This document shows positions 17,861 to 27,915 of a stretch of DNA of 64,000 bases, in pieces. Source of the DNA: Acidobacteriota bacterium (GTDB taxonomy: Bacteria > Acidobacteriota > UBA6911 > RPQK01 > JADFOI01); contig OY760074.1 of NCBI GenBank assembly GCA_963663035.1, positions 1,408,001 to 1,472,000 of the forward strand, given 5' to 3'. Positions within the stretch are counted from its first letter, which is position 1. Each line of letters starts with the position of its first letter. The notes below the pieces were generated by a model. It saw only the letters and a program-made list of their open reading frames with translations, was not told where the DNA came from and ran no database searches. Position numbers and translations under genes: made by a program.

Positions 17861-19956
17861 AATTCTTGGCGAACAGAGATGCCTCTACCTTGCGAATCAC
17901 CCTTTGGCTGCTGTGTACCGGACTGACTGCACCTGCAGTGATGGCCCTTCCATCAGCCGAGGATTTCTTGCTGGATCAACCCACTTTGACTCTCCTTCAG
18001 GAGGAACTGTCGGGTGAGTTGGCCAAGGAGCATGTAGTCACCCTCGCAGCTTATAACCGAATTCAGGGCTCGCCCGGCTATTCCGAAGCTGCCCGCTATA
18101 TTCTCCAACAGCTTCAAAGCTTTGGCCTCAGAGCCTGGATCGAAAGCTTTCCAGCAGAGGGCAGAATCAGCTATCAAACCTGGCAGTCTCCTCCCGGATG
18201 GAGCATAGAATCCGCTGTACTGCGGATAGTAGAACCCGAAGATGAGTTGATTGTGAGTTACCCCGAGAGTGCCATGAGTGTTATGACCTATTCGAATCCT
18301 GGTCATGTGCGAGGCGAATTGGTGTATGTGGGAAAGGGAACCTCTGATCAGGATTATCAGGGAGTAGATGTCAGGGGCAAGCTTGTATTGGCCACAGGAC
18401 TCGATGGGACAGTGCACCGTTTGGCGGTTCTAAAATATGGTGCCGCAGCCGTAGTGTCCTATCTGGATGACGAACTGGCGACAGAGCATCCCGACATGCT
18501 TCGCTATAGGGAGTGGCGACCTAGCCCTGATGAACTGGTGCGCCTGACTTTTGGATTCAATCTGACGTCGCGGCAAGGTCAAAGGCTCAGAGATCTGCTG
18601 AATAGTGGAAGCTGTGTGGTGTTGGACGCCAAAGTGGAGGGTCGCGGAATCGAGTTTGGAAGCTTAGATGTTGTGGTGGCAGTCCTTATCGGAACCGAAA
18701 GACCCAAGCAGGAATTGCTTTACACAGCTCATTTGGACCTTCCTAAGGAGTCAGCCAATGACAATGCCAGCGGTAGCGCAGCCATCCTCGACATCGCCCG
18801 GAGCTTCCAGGCTTTAATCAGTGCGGGAAAACTAACGCCTCCCAAGCGCACCCTGCGCTTCCTTTGGGTTCCCGCGTTCTATGGGACGATGGCCTACATA
18901 GACGCCCATCCAGAAATACAGGGGCCTGAGTTGGGTGGAAACTTTCTGGGCAACCTCAACCTCGACGTGGTGGGAAGCAATCTTGAATTGCTCCACAGCC
19001 GCATGAACGTCACCTGGACTCCCCAGTCGATGTCCAGCGCCCTCACTGATGTGGTTGCCATAATGGTCGAATACGTTGACACCTTGGGAGGGGAGATCTC
19101 AACGACTCACAGTAACTTCAATTACCGGATCATTCCCTTCAAGGGAGGCAGTGACCATCTCATCTTTAACGACGGAATGATTCGAGTTCCCGCTATGAGG
19201 TTGGGACATTCGCCGGATTACACCCAGCATACCAGTGAAGACACAACTGACAAGGTTGATCCTATCGAACTGGAGCGGGCCGAACTGATTGCGGCCAGCG
19301 CCTTCTGGTATCTGGCAAACCTTTCCGAAGAGCAGAGCTTGAGTTTAACAAACCTTGTAGCGGCGAAAGCCCAGGAGCGACTGGCTTCAGATACACAGCG
19401 GGCTTCGGGCTGGCTGCTGGAGGCTCCAGCTGATCGCCTTGAAGAGATGTACAACGAAGGGCGGCGGGTCATTATGTTCGCCTTGGAGAGAGAACAGCAG
19501 GCCCTCAATAGCATTCTCTCTTTTTCCCCCTTTGGCACTACCCGGCAGTACGTCCAGATCTGGAATCAGACTCTGGACAGTCAATCTCAGGTGATTATTC
19601 GGACACTTCAGGCACTGGTCCGGCAACGGGGAGGAAAGCTTTCGTTCTCTCAAGAGCGCACTTTTGAGGAAAGGGAGGCAGCTTCTTGGATTCCCTCTCG
19701 ACTGACGCGAGGCCCGCTGGCACCCGACCTTCCCAAAGCGCGTCTCTCGGACCTAGAGCAGAGTTGGTATGAAACTTCAGAGGCCCAGTCCCTTGATCAG
19801 TATCTGTTGGTCAACTTCATCGATGGGGAGCGGACGATACTGGACATCCGCAATGCTCTGGCGGGAGTCTCTCATCCCGTCTCAGTTATAGCCGTTCATC
19901 ACTTTATTCAGGATCTGGCCAAGACCCAGCTGATCGAACTTCGCCGAGTCAACTAG
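17854..19956 (+). CDS. M28-family aminopeptidase with PA domain (DUF4910-like)
   Basis: Signal-like N-terminus; GELVYVGKG..VDVRGK (PA); AHLD, ANDNASGS, GGSDH, HTSEDT. Exact start uncertain. Confidence 0.88.
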   Translation: MPKFLANRDASTLRITLWLLCTGLTAPAVMALPSAEDFLLDQPTLTLLQEELSGELAKEHVVTLAAYNRIQGSPGYSEAARYILQQLQSFGLRAWIESFPAEGRISYQTWQSPPGWSIESAVLRIVEPEDELIVSYPESAMSVMTYSNPGHVRGELVYVGKGTSDQDYQGVDVRGKLVLATGLDGTVHRLAVLKYGAAAVVSYLDDELATEHPDMLRYREWRPSPDELVRLTFGFNLTSRQGQRLRDLLNSGSCVVLDAKVEGRGIEFGSLDVVVAVLIGTERPKQELLYTAHLDLPKESANDNASGSAAILDIARSFQALISAGKLTPPKRTLRFLWVPAFYGTMAYIDAHPEIQGPELGGNFLGNLNLDVVGSNLELLHSRMNVTWTPQSMSSALTDVVAIMVEYVDTLGGEISTTHSNFNYRIIPFKGGSDHLIFNDGMIRVPAMRLGHSPDYTQHTSEDTTDKVDPIELERAELIAASAFWYLANLSEEQSLSLTNLVAAKAQERLASDTQRASGWLLEAPADRLEEMYNEGRRVIMFALEREQQALNSILSFSPFGTTRQYVQIWNQTLDSQSQVIIRTLQALVRQRGGKLSFSQERTFEEREAASWIPSRLTRGPLAPDLPKARLSDLEQSWYETSEAQSLDQYLLVNFIDGERTILDIRNALAGVSHPVSVIAVHHFIQDLAKTQLIELRRVN

Positions 19957-20012
19957 CCGGGACTATTCATAAACTGTCTGCTGCAGCGACGACAGCTTAT
20001 GAATAATCCGGG
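19957..20012. mobile_element. 56-bp MITE with IS1380-type ends, CTAG target duplication
   Basis: ctag|ccgggactattcataaactgtc..gacagcttatgaataatccggg|ctag; ends match the IS at 47618-49256. Confidence 0.8.
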
Positions 20013-20310
20013 CTAGAGAGAGCCACGCTCCCCAAGTTCGTCAAACTCGAAGACATAGGCTGAGCCCCGGCCACACAGGTCAGAATCGACGACTTCTCGG
20101 CCCTCAAGGATCAAGGTCGAGATCCTTTGAGCTTACCTAATCGTCCGATTTAATATAGCGATCATGAGGAGGGTTCATGCAAAAAAGCGAAGGAAACTCT
20201 CGAGTTCGCTTTCGGCGTCAGATTCTCATTATTTTTCTCTTGGGGCTCAGGAGAATCGTGCTTGAGAGTTAGATGTCTGGCCCGATATATAACTGATCTT
20301 ATTCACACCG

Positions 20311-22005
20311 TCATGGCGCCCTCAGAGGCTGAGGAGACGGCGCGGGCATATTTGGCCAGGACCCCGTTTTTGTAGCGGGGTGAGGAGACGGCGCGGGCAC
20401 CCCGTTTTTGTTGGGAGGCTTCCACTGCTTGAGCCTTTTCTTGATCTCGGCCTGGGACAATTCCACCTGCAGCAAGCGCTTGTCCACATCAAGGACGAGA
20501 GTGTCTTTGTTGCGTACGATGGCAATGGGTCCGCCATCCGCTGCTTCCGGCGCGATGTGACCCACCATAAACCCGTGGGTGGCTCCGGAGAAGCGGCCAT
20601 CGGTGATTAAAGCCACATGCTCTCCCAAACCGGCACCCTGAACAGCAGCGGTCACGGAGAGCATTTCCCGCATGCCGGGCCCTCCTTTGGGCCCCTCGTA
20701 GCGGATTACCAGGACATCGCCCGGCTTGACTTTGCCCGCCTTGATGGCCTTGAAGCAGTCCTCTTCACGCTCAAACACGCGAGCGGGACCGCGATGGAGT
20801 TTTCGTTCCTCTCCCGAGATTTTCATGACGCATCCCTCGGAAGCCAGGTTTCCGCGCAGGATCACCAGCCCTCCACTCTTCTTAAGGGGTCGGGTGATGG
20901 ATCGAATGACCTTTTGTCCCTTTTTGGCACGGCCCCGCTTGGCTTCTTCACCGATGGAGCGGCCGGTGACGGTCAGCTCATTGGAATGAAGCTTTCCGGC
21001 TTCCAGAAGATGTCGGGCCACCAGAGGCATTCCGCCTGCGCTGTACATGTCTGGAGCGGTGAAGCGACCGGCAGGTTTGAGGTCGGCCAGTACGGGTGTC
21101 TTCCGCGAGACCCGGTCAAAATCATCAAGGGAAAGTCGGACGCCCGCTTCCTTGGCCAGGGCTAGGAGATGCAGAACCGCGTTGGTTGAGCCAGCTGTGG
21201 CCATGACACCGGAAATGGCGTTTAGAAGGGCCCTGCGCGTGACGATTTGGGAGGGTTGAATTCCTTTGCGGAGCAGCTTCATCACCAGACGGCCACATTC
21301 AAAGGCCACCTGGTCTTTCTTGGGATCCATGGCGGGGACTCCATTGAAGCCCATGGGGGAGATTCCCAACATCTCCAGTGCGGTGGACATGGTATTAGCG
21401 GTAAATTGTCCTCCACAGGCTCCAGCTCCAGGACAGGCATAGCTTTCGATGCCATGAAGTTCCGTAAGGCTGATGTTACCGCTGTTGTAGGCTCCCACGG
21501 CTTCAAAGACATCCTGGACGGTCAAATCGCGTCCCTGGTACTGGCCGGGCATGATGGAGCCGCCATAGAGGATCAGCCCCGGAATATTCAAGCGCAGCAG
21601 GGCCATGGTTGAACCTGGAATGGTCTTGTCGCAGCCGGTAATGGCAACCAGACCGTCAAAAAGGTGTCCTCGGCACACGAGTTCGATGGAATCGGCAATG
21701 ACTTCCCGGCTCACCAGAGAGAACTTCATCCCTTCCGTTCCCATGGCAATGCCATCGGTCACCGTGATGGTATTGAACTCAATAGGAGTACCTCCGGCGG
21801 CGCGGATCCCTTCCTTGACCTTCTCGGCCAATCGGCGGTGATTGAAGTTGCAGGGAGCGACCTCAATCCAGCAGTGAGATACACCCACCAAAGGACGTTT
21901 CAGATCCTCGTCGCTAAATCCGATCGCTTTGAAATAGGAACGGGCTGGTGCCCGATCGGGACCGTCCAAAAGAGTGCGACTGTTGTGACGTACATCAAAG
22001 GCCAT
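20311..22005 (-). CDS. ilvD: Dihydroxy-acid dehydratase with frameshifted last ~21 residues
   Basis: [48 protein letters not shown] 29-bp insertion shifts the native [22 protein letters not shown] tail out of frame. Confidence 0.93.
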   Translation of the reverse strand: MAFDVRHNSRTLLDGPDRAPARSYFKAIGFSDEDLKRPLVGVSHCWIEVAPCNFNHRRLAEKVKEGIRAAGGTPIEFNTITVTDGIAMGTEGMKFSLVSREVIADSIELVCRGHLFDGLVAITGCDKTIPGSTMALLRLNIPGLILYGGSIMPGQYQGRDLTVQDVFEAVGAYNSGNISLTELHGIESYACPGAGACGGQFTANTMSTALEMLGISPMGFNGVPAMDPKKDQVAFECGRLVMKLLRKGIQPSQIVTRRALLNAISGVMATAGSTNAVLHLLALAKEAGVRLSLDDFDRVSRKTPVLADLKPAGRFTAPDMYSAGGMPLVARHLLEAGKLHSNELTVTGRSIGEEAKRGRAKKGQKVIRSITRPLKKSGGLVILRGNLASEGCVMKISGEERKLHRGPARVFEREEDCFKAIKAGKVKPGDVLVIRYEGPKGGPGMREMLSVTAAVQGAGLGEHVALITDGRFSGATHGFMVGHIAPEAADGGPIAIVRNKDTLVLDVDKRLLQVELSQAEIKKRLKQWKPPNKNGVPAPSPHPATKTGSWPNMPAPSPQPLRAP

Positions 22006-22563
22006 ATTCTTTTTTTCCTGTAAGTTGCTTTGCCAGTGGATGCTGATTATACCCCGGGTTGAACCAATGACTATTTTCAGGCTGACGAGCGCTGGTGGCT
22101 TTACACCTACTTAGAGGGCAGCGGCAGCCGTTACATCCGTGATTTCCACTTTGACGAAAGCGTAGACGTCTATCGTAGTGAGGTCGCTGAGCCAATCAGG
22201 GATTTCTCCACCCAAACGGTCATAGGAGTTATAAAGGTGATCGTCGACAGTCATGATATTTTCGGGATAATGGAAATTGAGGTCGGCCAGAATGGTAAGG
22301 CCGTCCTGATGCATTCTGACGGTGCGGTGATCTTCAGTCCCGTCAGCGTAGCGATAGTAGTGATCCTCTCGTTGACTTTTTCATGGCTATTATCGAAACC
22401 CGTCATTGAACCCGACCTGCACCTGGAAAGTCTGTAGCTTCCACCCGACATATTTCAGAGGTGGTTACCCGAATCAACACATTCTTGACAGGGTTCGCTA
22501 TTAGACCAAGGTGGAACGGGTCTCGGCGAAGCGTTCCAGGTAGTGAACACACTTGGTTCGACC

Positions 22564-23949
22564 TCAATTCGTGTTAGATGATGGGTGGCCTGACGTTCCC
22601 TTATGCTGAACGTGCCACAAGATGAGCCATCCGATGAAACCTGAAAACAGCGAGGCCATCAGAATGCCTAGCTTCGCTGGTTCCATGAAAGCCGTATCGG
22701 AAAAGGAAAGCTGTGCAATGAAAAGCGACATTGTAAAACCGATGCCAGCGAGGCATGCCACGCCAAGAATATGACGCCAGGTCACTCCGCTTGGCAAAGT
22801 GGCGATTCCAGCAGAGACGGACAACCAACAAAACAGCACAATGCCGATAGGTTTGCCTAACACCAATCCCAACACTACCCCAAGGGTGACGGGGCTCAGC
22901 ATAAGCTCTCCCGAATTGCCAGAAAGCGAAACACCCGCATTGGCCAAGGCAAACATCGGCACAATTGAGAAAACGACCCAAGGGTGAAGAGCGTGTTCAA
23001 CGCGTTGAAGCGGCGTTGCCACATTGCGGCTGACGCGGCGAATTGAAAAAACAGCTCCAATTAGCTTCGCATTGGCTGTCCGATCGTCACCCTCTGCCAC
23101 CCCCTGCTCAAACATATCGAGAGACTGGCGACCAATCTTCAGAAATTGCTCACCTTTCATTTTCGAGCGTGCAGGTATCGTCATTGCAAGTAATACGCCA
23201 GCAATGGTGGCATGAACACCGGAGCTGAATACCAAGAACCACAAGACACCTCCAATGAGTAGATAGGGAGGCACACTGCGGGAACCGAGCCAATTCATCA
23301 GGACAAGCAGCGCCAGGATTCCACAGGCTGCGAGGAGATAGCCAGGTCGTAGCTGCTCAGTGTAGAACATCGCGATCACCAGCAGAGCACCGATATCGTC
23401 CACAATCGCCAGCGATGCCAGGAATACCTTCAGGGACACTGGAGTCTTGCCGCCCAGCAACATCAGGACCCCTAAAGCGAACGCAATATCCGTGGCCATC
23501 GGAATCCCCCAACCTCGAAGTGTCGGTTGGCCAGCGTTGATGGCAGCAAAGATTGCAGCGGGAACAAGCATCCCTCCAATGGCCGCGGCGATAGGGAGGG
23601 CGGCTTTTTTCACTGAGGCAAGCTCCCCGACCAGGATTTCGCGCTTAATCTCCAAACCGACCAGCAAAAAGAAGACCGCCATAACAAGGTCGTTAATCCA
23701 ATGAAGGATGGACATCGAAAGAGAATAATCACCGAGTTGCAAAGAGAGATACGTTTTTTCCCAGAGGTTTGCATAGGTGTGGGACCAGGGTGAATTGGCC
23801 CAGATTAGGGCAGCAGCTGCAGAGACGATAATAAGGATTCCACCAGCTGCTTCAAGCCGGGCAAAAGTACGAAAGGGACGTAGAATCAGGTCCGCTCGGT
23901 CTGCAGATGAACCGGGCTGGCCTTCGCTGAGATGCGGGGATTCAAACAT
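22564..23949 (-). CDS. nhaA: Na+/H+ antiporter NhaA
   Basis: HWINDLVMAVFFLLVGLEIKRE, GWGIPMATDIAFA, LAIVDD, GKPIGI, GIGFTMSLFI. Confidence 0.96.
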   Translation of the reverse strand: MFESPHLSEGQPGSSADRADLILRPFRTFARLEAAGGILIIVSAAAALIWANSPWSHTYANLWEKTYLSLQLGDYSLSMSILHWINDLVMAVFFLLVGLEIKREILVGELASVKKAALPIAAAIGGMLVPAAIFAAINAGQPTLRGWGIPMATDIAFALGVLMLLGGKTPVSLKVFLASLAIVDDIGALLVIAMFYTEQLRPGYLLAACGILALLVLMNWLGSRSVPPYLLIGGVLWFLVFSSGVHATIAGVLLAMTIPARSKMKGEQFLKIGRQSLDMFEQGVAEGDDRTANAKLIGAVFSIRRVSRNVATPLQRVEHALHPWVVFSIVPMFALANAGVSLSGNSGELMLSPVTLGVVLGLVLGKPIGIVLFCWLSVSAGIATLPSGVTWRHILGVACLAGIGFTMSLFIAQLSFSDTAFMEPAKLGILMASLFSGFIGWLILWHVQHKGTSGHPSSNTN

Positions 23950-24179
23950 GCGGCAAGTTTAGTTCCCTCTCCGTGTGAGTGCTAGTGCCAAACTTCTATC
24001 TTCTTTCTATTCTCGGTTTGAGTAGTTGATGTGCAAAACTCCTGTGCTCCTCCTGAACGGGATGTCCAGATAGTCGAGCTGGCTATATTTTGCCTTTCAA
24101 CTCGCAGCAATCGCGTCATTAGACGCCGCAGGAAAGTGGCCAATTCGTTTAAGGTCCTGACTCTTCTTCGCTCCGGCCC

Positions 24180-25322
24180 TTAAGAGTAATCCTCTAACAG
24201 GCGGTAACGAAGCAGACAGCCGACACCGCCGAATTGCGACAACGCCTCGCTTTTATTTACCACCTCGACCATACAGCCTTGCCGTTCGGCAACCCGTACC
24301 ATCTCCTCCTTGAGATCGAAGTTCTTCAACTCAGCCGCTCCGCATTCAGAACATGTGGCGGGCCTTTCCCGTGCTGGACTGAAGAACTCGCAAACGGTGC
24401 ACGCCCAGACTAGACCAGGTGCGTAATTCTTGGCTAGCACGAGGCTATCCACCTGGCCCCGCCTTAAGGTCTGGTAGCTGGCTGTAGTCCCAGCCACCGC
24501 GAGTCCTCCGCTGCGGACCTGCTTCGAAAGGGTCTCCACAACCGCCTGTGATTCTTTTTCCTCCGCCTCAATAAAGGAGGCAATGGTGGCCTTGACCACG
24601 TCCGAATTCGGCGCTTTGCCGGACACGCGAACTATGTCGACGAGTTTCATCAGTAAGTGCTTAGGAAGCGCCTTCCGCACTTGGGTGGTGTTGGCGGGGT
24701 GACCGGCTAGGATTAGACGAGAGTATCCGCCTGCTGACATCAGTTGCTCCAGGATCTTGACCTTCTCCTTGATAAATTTCTGCCCGTGTTCCTTCCTATG
24801 CTTCTGATAGTGCTCTTTGGTCCATTCGCGGCCCACCCGATTGCGAGTCTGGGGGTTCTCTGTCCACAGTTTCTCAATCACCGCTCCTAGGTTGATCGCA
24901 AAGATGCGTACACCCTCCCTCGTGCTGATCAGCACAACGTAACGATCGTAGGTGTCCTTGAGTTCCACGAGATGATAGATGTTGGGTGTCGAATCGAGTG
25001 CAATCCAATTTGGCAATGGGACCCGGAATTGGAGCGGCAGGAAGAAGGGGTCTTCTCCGGCTCGGGAAAATATCGCAGCCCCAATCGCGTCAGGCAGCAA
25101 TTCTTCCGCCAAGTATTGGTCTACAGGATCCAGTGCATCCCTAAGATCTCGCCAGGCTTTCCCAGACCCACTCTCCTTTAAAGACCGAATCTGTTTTTCA
25201 AAGGCTATGCGATCGTCGATGCGACCTTTTTTAAGAGTCATGTAACAACTAACGACTGGGGCGTTTGTTTCCGGCAAGATGGCCAAGGTTCGAATGTGTT
25301 TTTGCAGGTTTTTCAATTCCAT
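24180..25322 (-). CDS. aeRF1/Vms1-superfamily (baeRF-like) protein with C-terminal zinc ribbon
   Basis: Real start likely ATG 25322 (MELKNLQK). LILAG, GLAVAG..GQVDSLVL, CTVC..CSECG, EVVN..FGGVGCLLRY (eRF1 domain 3). Confidence 0.82.
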   Translation of the reverse strand: MELKNLQKHIRTLAILPETNAPVVSCYMTLKKGRIDDRIAFEKQIRSLKESGSGKAWRDLRDALDPVDQYLAEELLPDAIGAAIFSRAGEDPFFLPLQFRVPLPNWIALDSTPNIYHLVELKDTYDRYVVLISTREGVRIFAINLGAVIEKLWTENPQTRNRVGREWTKEHYQKHRKEHGQKFIKEKVKILEQLMSAGGYSRLILAGHPANTTQVRKALPKHLLMKLVDIVRVSGKAPNSDVVKATIASFIEAEEKESQAVVETLSKQVRSGGLAVAGTTASYQTLRRGQVDSLVLAKNYAPGLVWACTVCEFFSPARERPATCSECGAAELKNFDLKEEMVRVAERQGCMVEVVNKSEALSQFGGVGCLLRYRLLEDYS

Positions 25323-25639
25323 CGTTCTTCTCGCAACGGCCCGCCACTCTCCCTTGCCCGTCTGATCAAGGCGTCGGCTTGCATCCCGACATCCATGGCT
25401 TCCTGATAGCGTTTTTCGCTCAGCGCCTGCAGGGCCTGGGAAAGGCGACCCTCCATTTTCCGCAGCGTTCCTGAAGGAATCCCGGACTCCTCGAGTATGG
25501 TGATGCCCTGCTGCGCCACGCGGATGACCGTGATGGCGTGTCTTGCGGAGGGTGGGCGGGCAACGGCCAGGTACCCAAAACATGCCAGAAGGCAAACAAC
25601 ACAGAAAAGAAAAGATGGATAGCAGACACGGGTGGACAT
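25313..25639 (-). CDS. Small membrane-anchored helical protein
   Basis: 108 aa, hydrophobic N-terminus; fills the gap between terC and the baeRF gene with tight spacing. Confidence 0.55.
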   Translation of the reverse strand: MSTRVCYPSFLFCVVCLLACFGYLAVARPPSARHAITVIRVAQQGITILEESGIPSGTLRKMEGRLSQALQALSEKRYQEAMDVGMQADALIRRARESGGPLREERWN

Positions 25640-25645
25640 TTTGGC

Positions 25646-26575
25646 TCACCTTGGAACTGTTGTCTTTTGCCCTTTGAGGATCACCGAGGCCAGTATAGAG
25701 ACGGCCAGTATAGTCACCACCACCCCCAACGAGACGCCCACTGATATCGGGTAAACATCCATAAGGATCATCTTGATTCCCACAAAGCACAGGACCACGG
25801 ACACCCCGAGCTTGAGAAAACGGAACAGGCCGATTATTCCGGCCAGGAGAAAGTAAAGGGCTCGAAGTCCCAGGATGGCAAAGACGTTCGAGGTATACAC
25901 GATGAAGAGGTCCGTCGTGATGGCGAGGATGGCAGGAATCGAGTCGATAGCAAAAATGAGATCGGAAGCCTCCACAACCAGGAGTGCTGCAAAAAGCGGG
26001 GTGGCGTACCAAGCCTGGTCCTTCTTGACAAAAAAAGACTGGCCTTCAAAGCGATCCGTCACGGGCATGAACTTTATAAAGAGGCGCAGTACCGGGTTCT
26101 TGGCGGGTTCAATCTTCTGCTCTCCCGTCAGAGCCATCTTGGCTCCAATGACGATCAGAAACGCCCCGAACGGATAGACGACCCAGTGAAAGGCCTGGAT
26201 CAGAGCCACGCCAGCGAAAATCAACAGGAGTCGCATGACCAGTGCACCCAGGATGCCCCAGTGCAGGATCCGGGGCTGGTAAAGGGGCGGGATGTTGAAG
26301 TAACTGAATATCATTACGAAAACGAACATGTTGTCCACGGACAGGCTCTTCTCGATGATGTAGCCGGTCAAAAACTCCATGGCCCTTTGGGAGCCCATGG
26401 AGAAGTAAATGCCGCCGTTGAAAAGCAGGGCCAGAGAAATCCATAGCATGCTCCAAACCGCGGCTTCCCGGATGGAGACGACATGGGCGTGGCGGTGGAA
26501 GACGTAAAGGTCCAGAAAGAGAAGGCCGCCCACAACGATATTGAAAACGACCCAAAGCAGGATCTTGTCCTCCAT
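25646..26575 (-). CDS. terC: TerC/Alx-family membrane protein
   Basis: GYIIEKSLSVDN, DLIFAIDSIPA, TSNVFAILGLRALYF; start after AAGGGG RBS. Confidence 0.93.
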   Translation of the reverse strand: MEDKILLWVVFNIVVGGLLFLDLYVFHRHAHVVSIREAAVWSMLWISLALLFNGGIYFSMGSQRAMEFLTGYIIEKSLSVDNMFVFVMIFSYFNIPPLYQPRILHWGILGALVMRLLLIFAGVALIQAFHWVVYPFGAFLIVIGAKMALTGEQKIEPAKNPVLRLFIKFMPVTDRFEGQSFFVKKDQAWYATPLFAALLVVEASDLIFAIDSIPAILAITTDLFIVYTSNVFAILGLRALYFLLAGIIGLFRFLKLGVSVVLCFVGIKMILMDVYPISVGVSLGVVVTILAVSILASVILKGQKTTVPR

Positions 26576-26651
26576 CACAACGTTCCCCTTTGTCTCTGGC
26601 TGATCATCGGCTTGCTCCCTCTCGTGCGAGTGTACAGCTAAATCAATAGCT

Positions 26652-26690
26652 TTTAAAAATAGAAAATATTGCACTTATTAATAGATAAAA
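26652..26690 (-). promoter_or_regulatory. NhaR-like operator/promoter motif, copy C (terC promoter)
   Basis: Minus strand TATTTTCTATTTTTAAA followed 15 nt later by TGTACACT; upstream half is diverged. Confidence 0.6.
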
Positions 26691-26957
26691 ACTAATAATT
26701 TCCGCGACTTTTAGATCTGCTCCTGTTGTGTCCTGATTACTTGGAGGAAAAACTTCTTGACGTTGGTACTCACCCTTCAAAGGTGAGCCGCAAAGCAGTG
26801 ATTGTAATCTCGGATGGAATGCTCAACAGGTCTGCTGCAGCGGACCTGAACAGACCAGGTTGATTCTTAGGTTCGAGGGGAAGATTACTTCTGAAGGAGT
26901 TCTGGCCCCACTACCACTTTGCCTAGTGCCAAAGCGAAGAACCATTCCCATCATGAG

Positions 26958-27857
26958 TCAGTTGAAGATCTTGTCGTGGGCACTTTCAATAATCGCCGTC
27001 ACGGCCGGGTGTTTTAACTTTCGCTCCAGTGAGATCGCGTAATACTGTTCTCGCAGCGAGTCCAGCCTGCCAATCAGTGAAACACCATAGAACTTCTGAA
27101 TCTCTTTTTCAACAACCTTAGGTCCGGCGAACAAACCACCTCCTGTCGAAGCAAACACCTTAAGGAGCGCACTGTCCTCGAATTCCGCAACGACGAACGG
27201 ATGAATGCCCTGAGTGACGAACCAATGATCCAGTTGGCGTCGTATTGACGTGTTCTCAGTAGGTAAGTAGAAAGGAGCACCGTGGAGCGATTGAGGGAAC
27301 CCCCGGCGGTAACTAGAAGCTAAGTCGTTGGTGCCGAATATTGAGACGGAACACTCGCCGAGGTGATGATTGTAGGCGCGAAGCTTGGCTTCCGGACTCA
27401 TCGGTGAGTCAGACAAAACCAGATCCAGTTGGTGAACGGAAAGTTTTGCTAGGAGTGCTGTCGGTTTGCCCTCATAACATGTGAGATAGATCGACTCGGG
27501 AGAGCAAAGAGCCGGTTTGAGCAATCGGTGCACAATCACTTTGGGCAGGACGTCGGCTATACCGACTCTGAACCGTGTGCGTCTGCCCGAGGGGTGGCCT
27601 TCTAAGCTATCCATGAGCTCCTGACCGAGGGAAAAAATATCGTTTGCGTACCGGAACACCACGCGACCCGTTTCGGTCAGAGCCAGGTTGCGACCCACAT
27701 GCCTGAATAGCTTGTGGCCCAGGGATTCTTCGAGCTTCTTTAGCTGCGCGGAGATGGTCGGCTGAGCCAGCCGCAGCTTCTCGCAGGCGGCCGTGATCGT
27801 ACCTTCTCTTGCCACGGTCCAAAAATAGAGCAGGTGATGGTAATTTAGCCACTTCAT
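26958..27857 (-). CDS. nhaR: LysR-family activator, NhaR-like
   Basis: LNYHHLLYFWTVAREG, RVGIADVLPK, EFEDSALLKVF, YYAISLERKLKHPAV. Confidence 0.93.
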   Translation of the reverse strand: MKWLNYHHLLYFWTVAREGTITAACEKLRLAQPTISAQLKKLEESLGHKLFRHVGRNLALTETGRVVFRYANDIFSLGQELMDSLEGHPSGRRTRFRVGIADVLPKVIVHRLLKPALCSPESIYLTCYEGKPTALLAKLSVHQLDLVLSDSPMSPEAKLRAYNHHLGECSVSIFGTNDLASSYRRGFPQSLHGAPFYLPTENTSIRRQLDHWFVTQGIHPFVVAEFEDSALLKVFASTGGGLFAGPKVVEKEIQKFYGVSLIGRLDSLREQYYAISLERKLKHPAVTAIIESAHDKIFN

Positions 27858-27882
27858 GCCCCCCATGATACATATAAAATAC

Positions 27883-27915
27883 CTATAGATCTATCCTTAA
27901 TTTTCTATTTTTAAA
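27883..27915 (+). promoter_or_regulatory. NhaR-like operator/promoter motif, copy D (divergent from nhaR)
   Basis: CTATAGATCTATccttaATTTTCTATTTTTAAA then TGTACATT. Confidence 0.7.

Noticed and set aside
22020-22500. Short ORFs between ilvD and nhaA
   Set aside because: Probably gene shards, but no family could be supported.
25323-26012. 230-aa N-terminal extension of the 610-aa ORF
   Set aside because: It overlaps terC and the 108-aa gene in another frame and has shadow-like composition; real start is likely 25322.
26576-26650. yybP-ykoY Mn riboswitch upstream of terC
   Set aside because: The leader is short and lacks the GGGGAGUAGC-type core; the LysR-type motif explains the region better.
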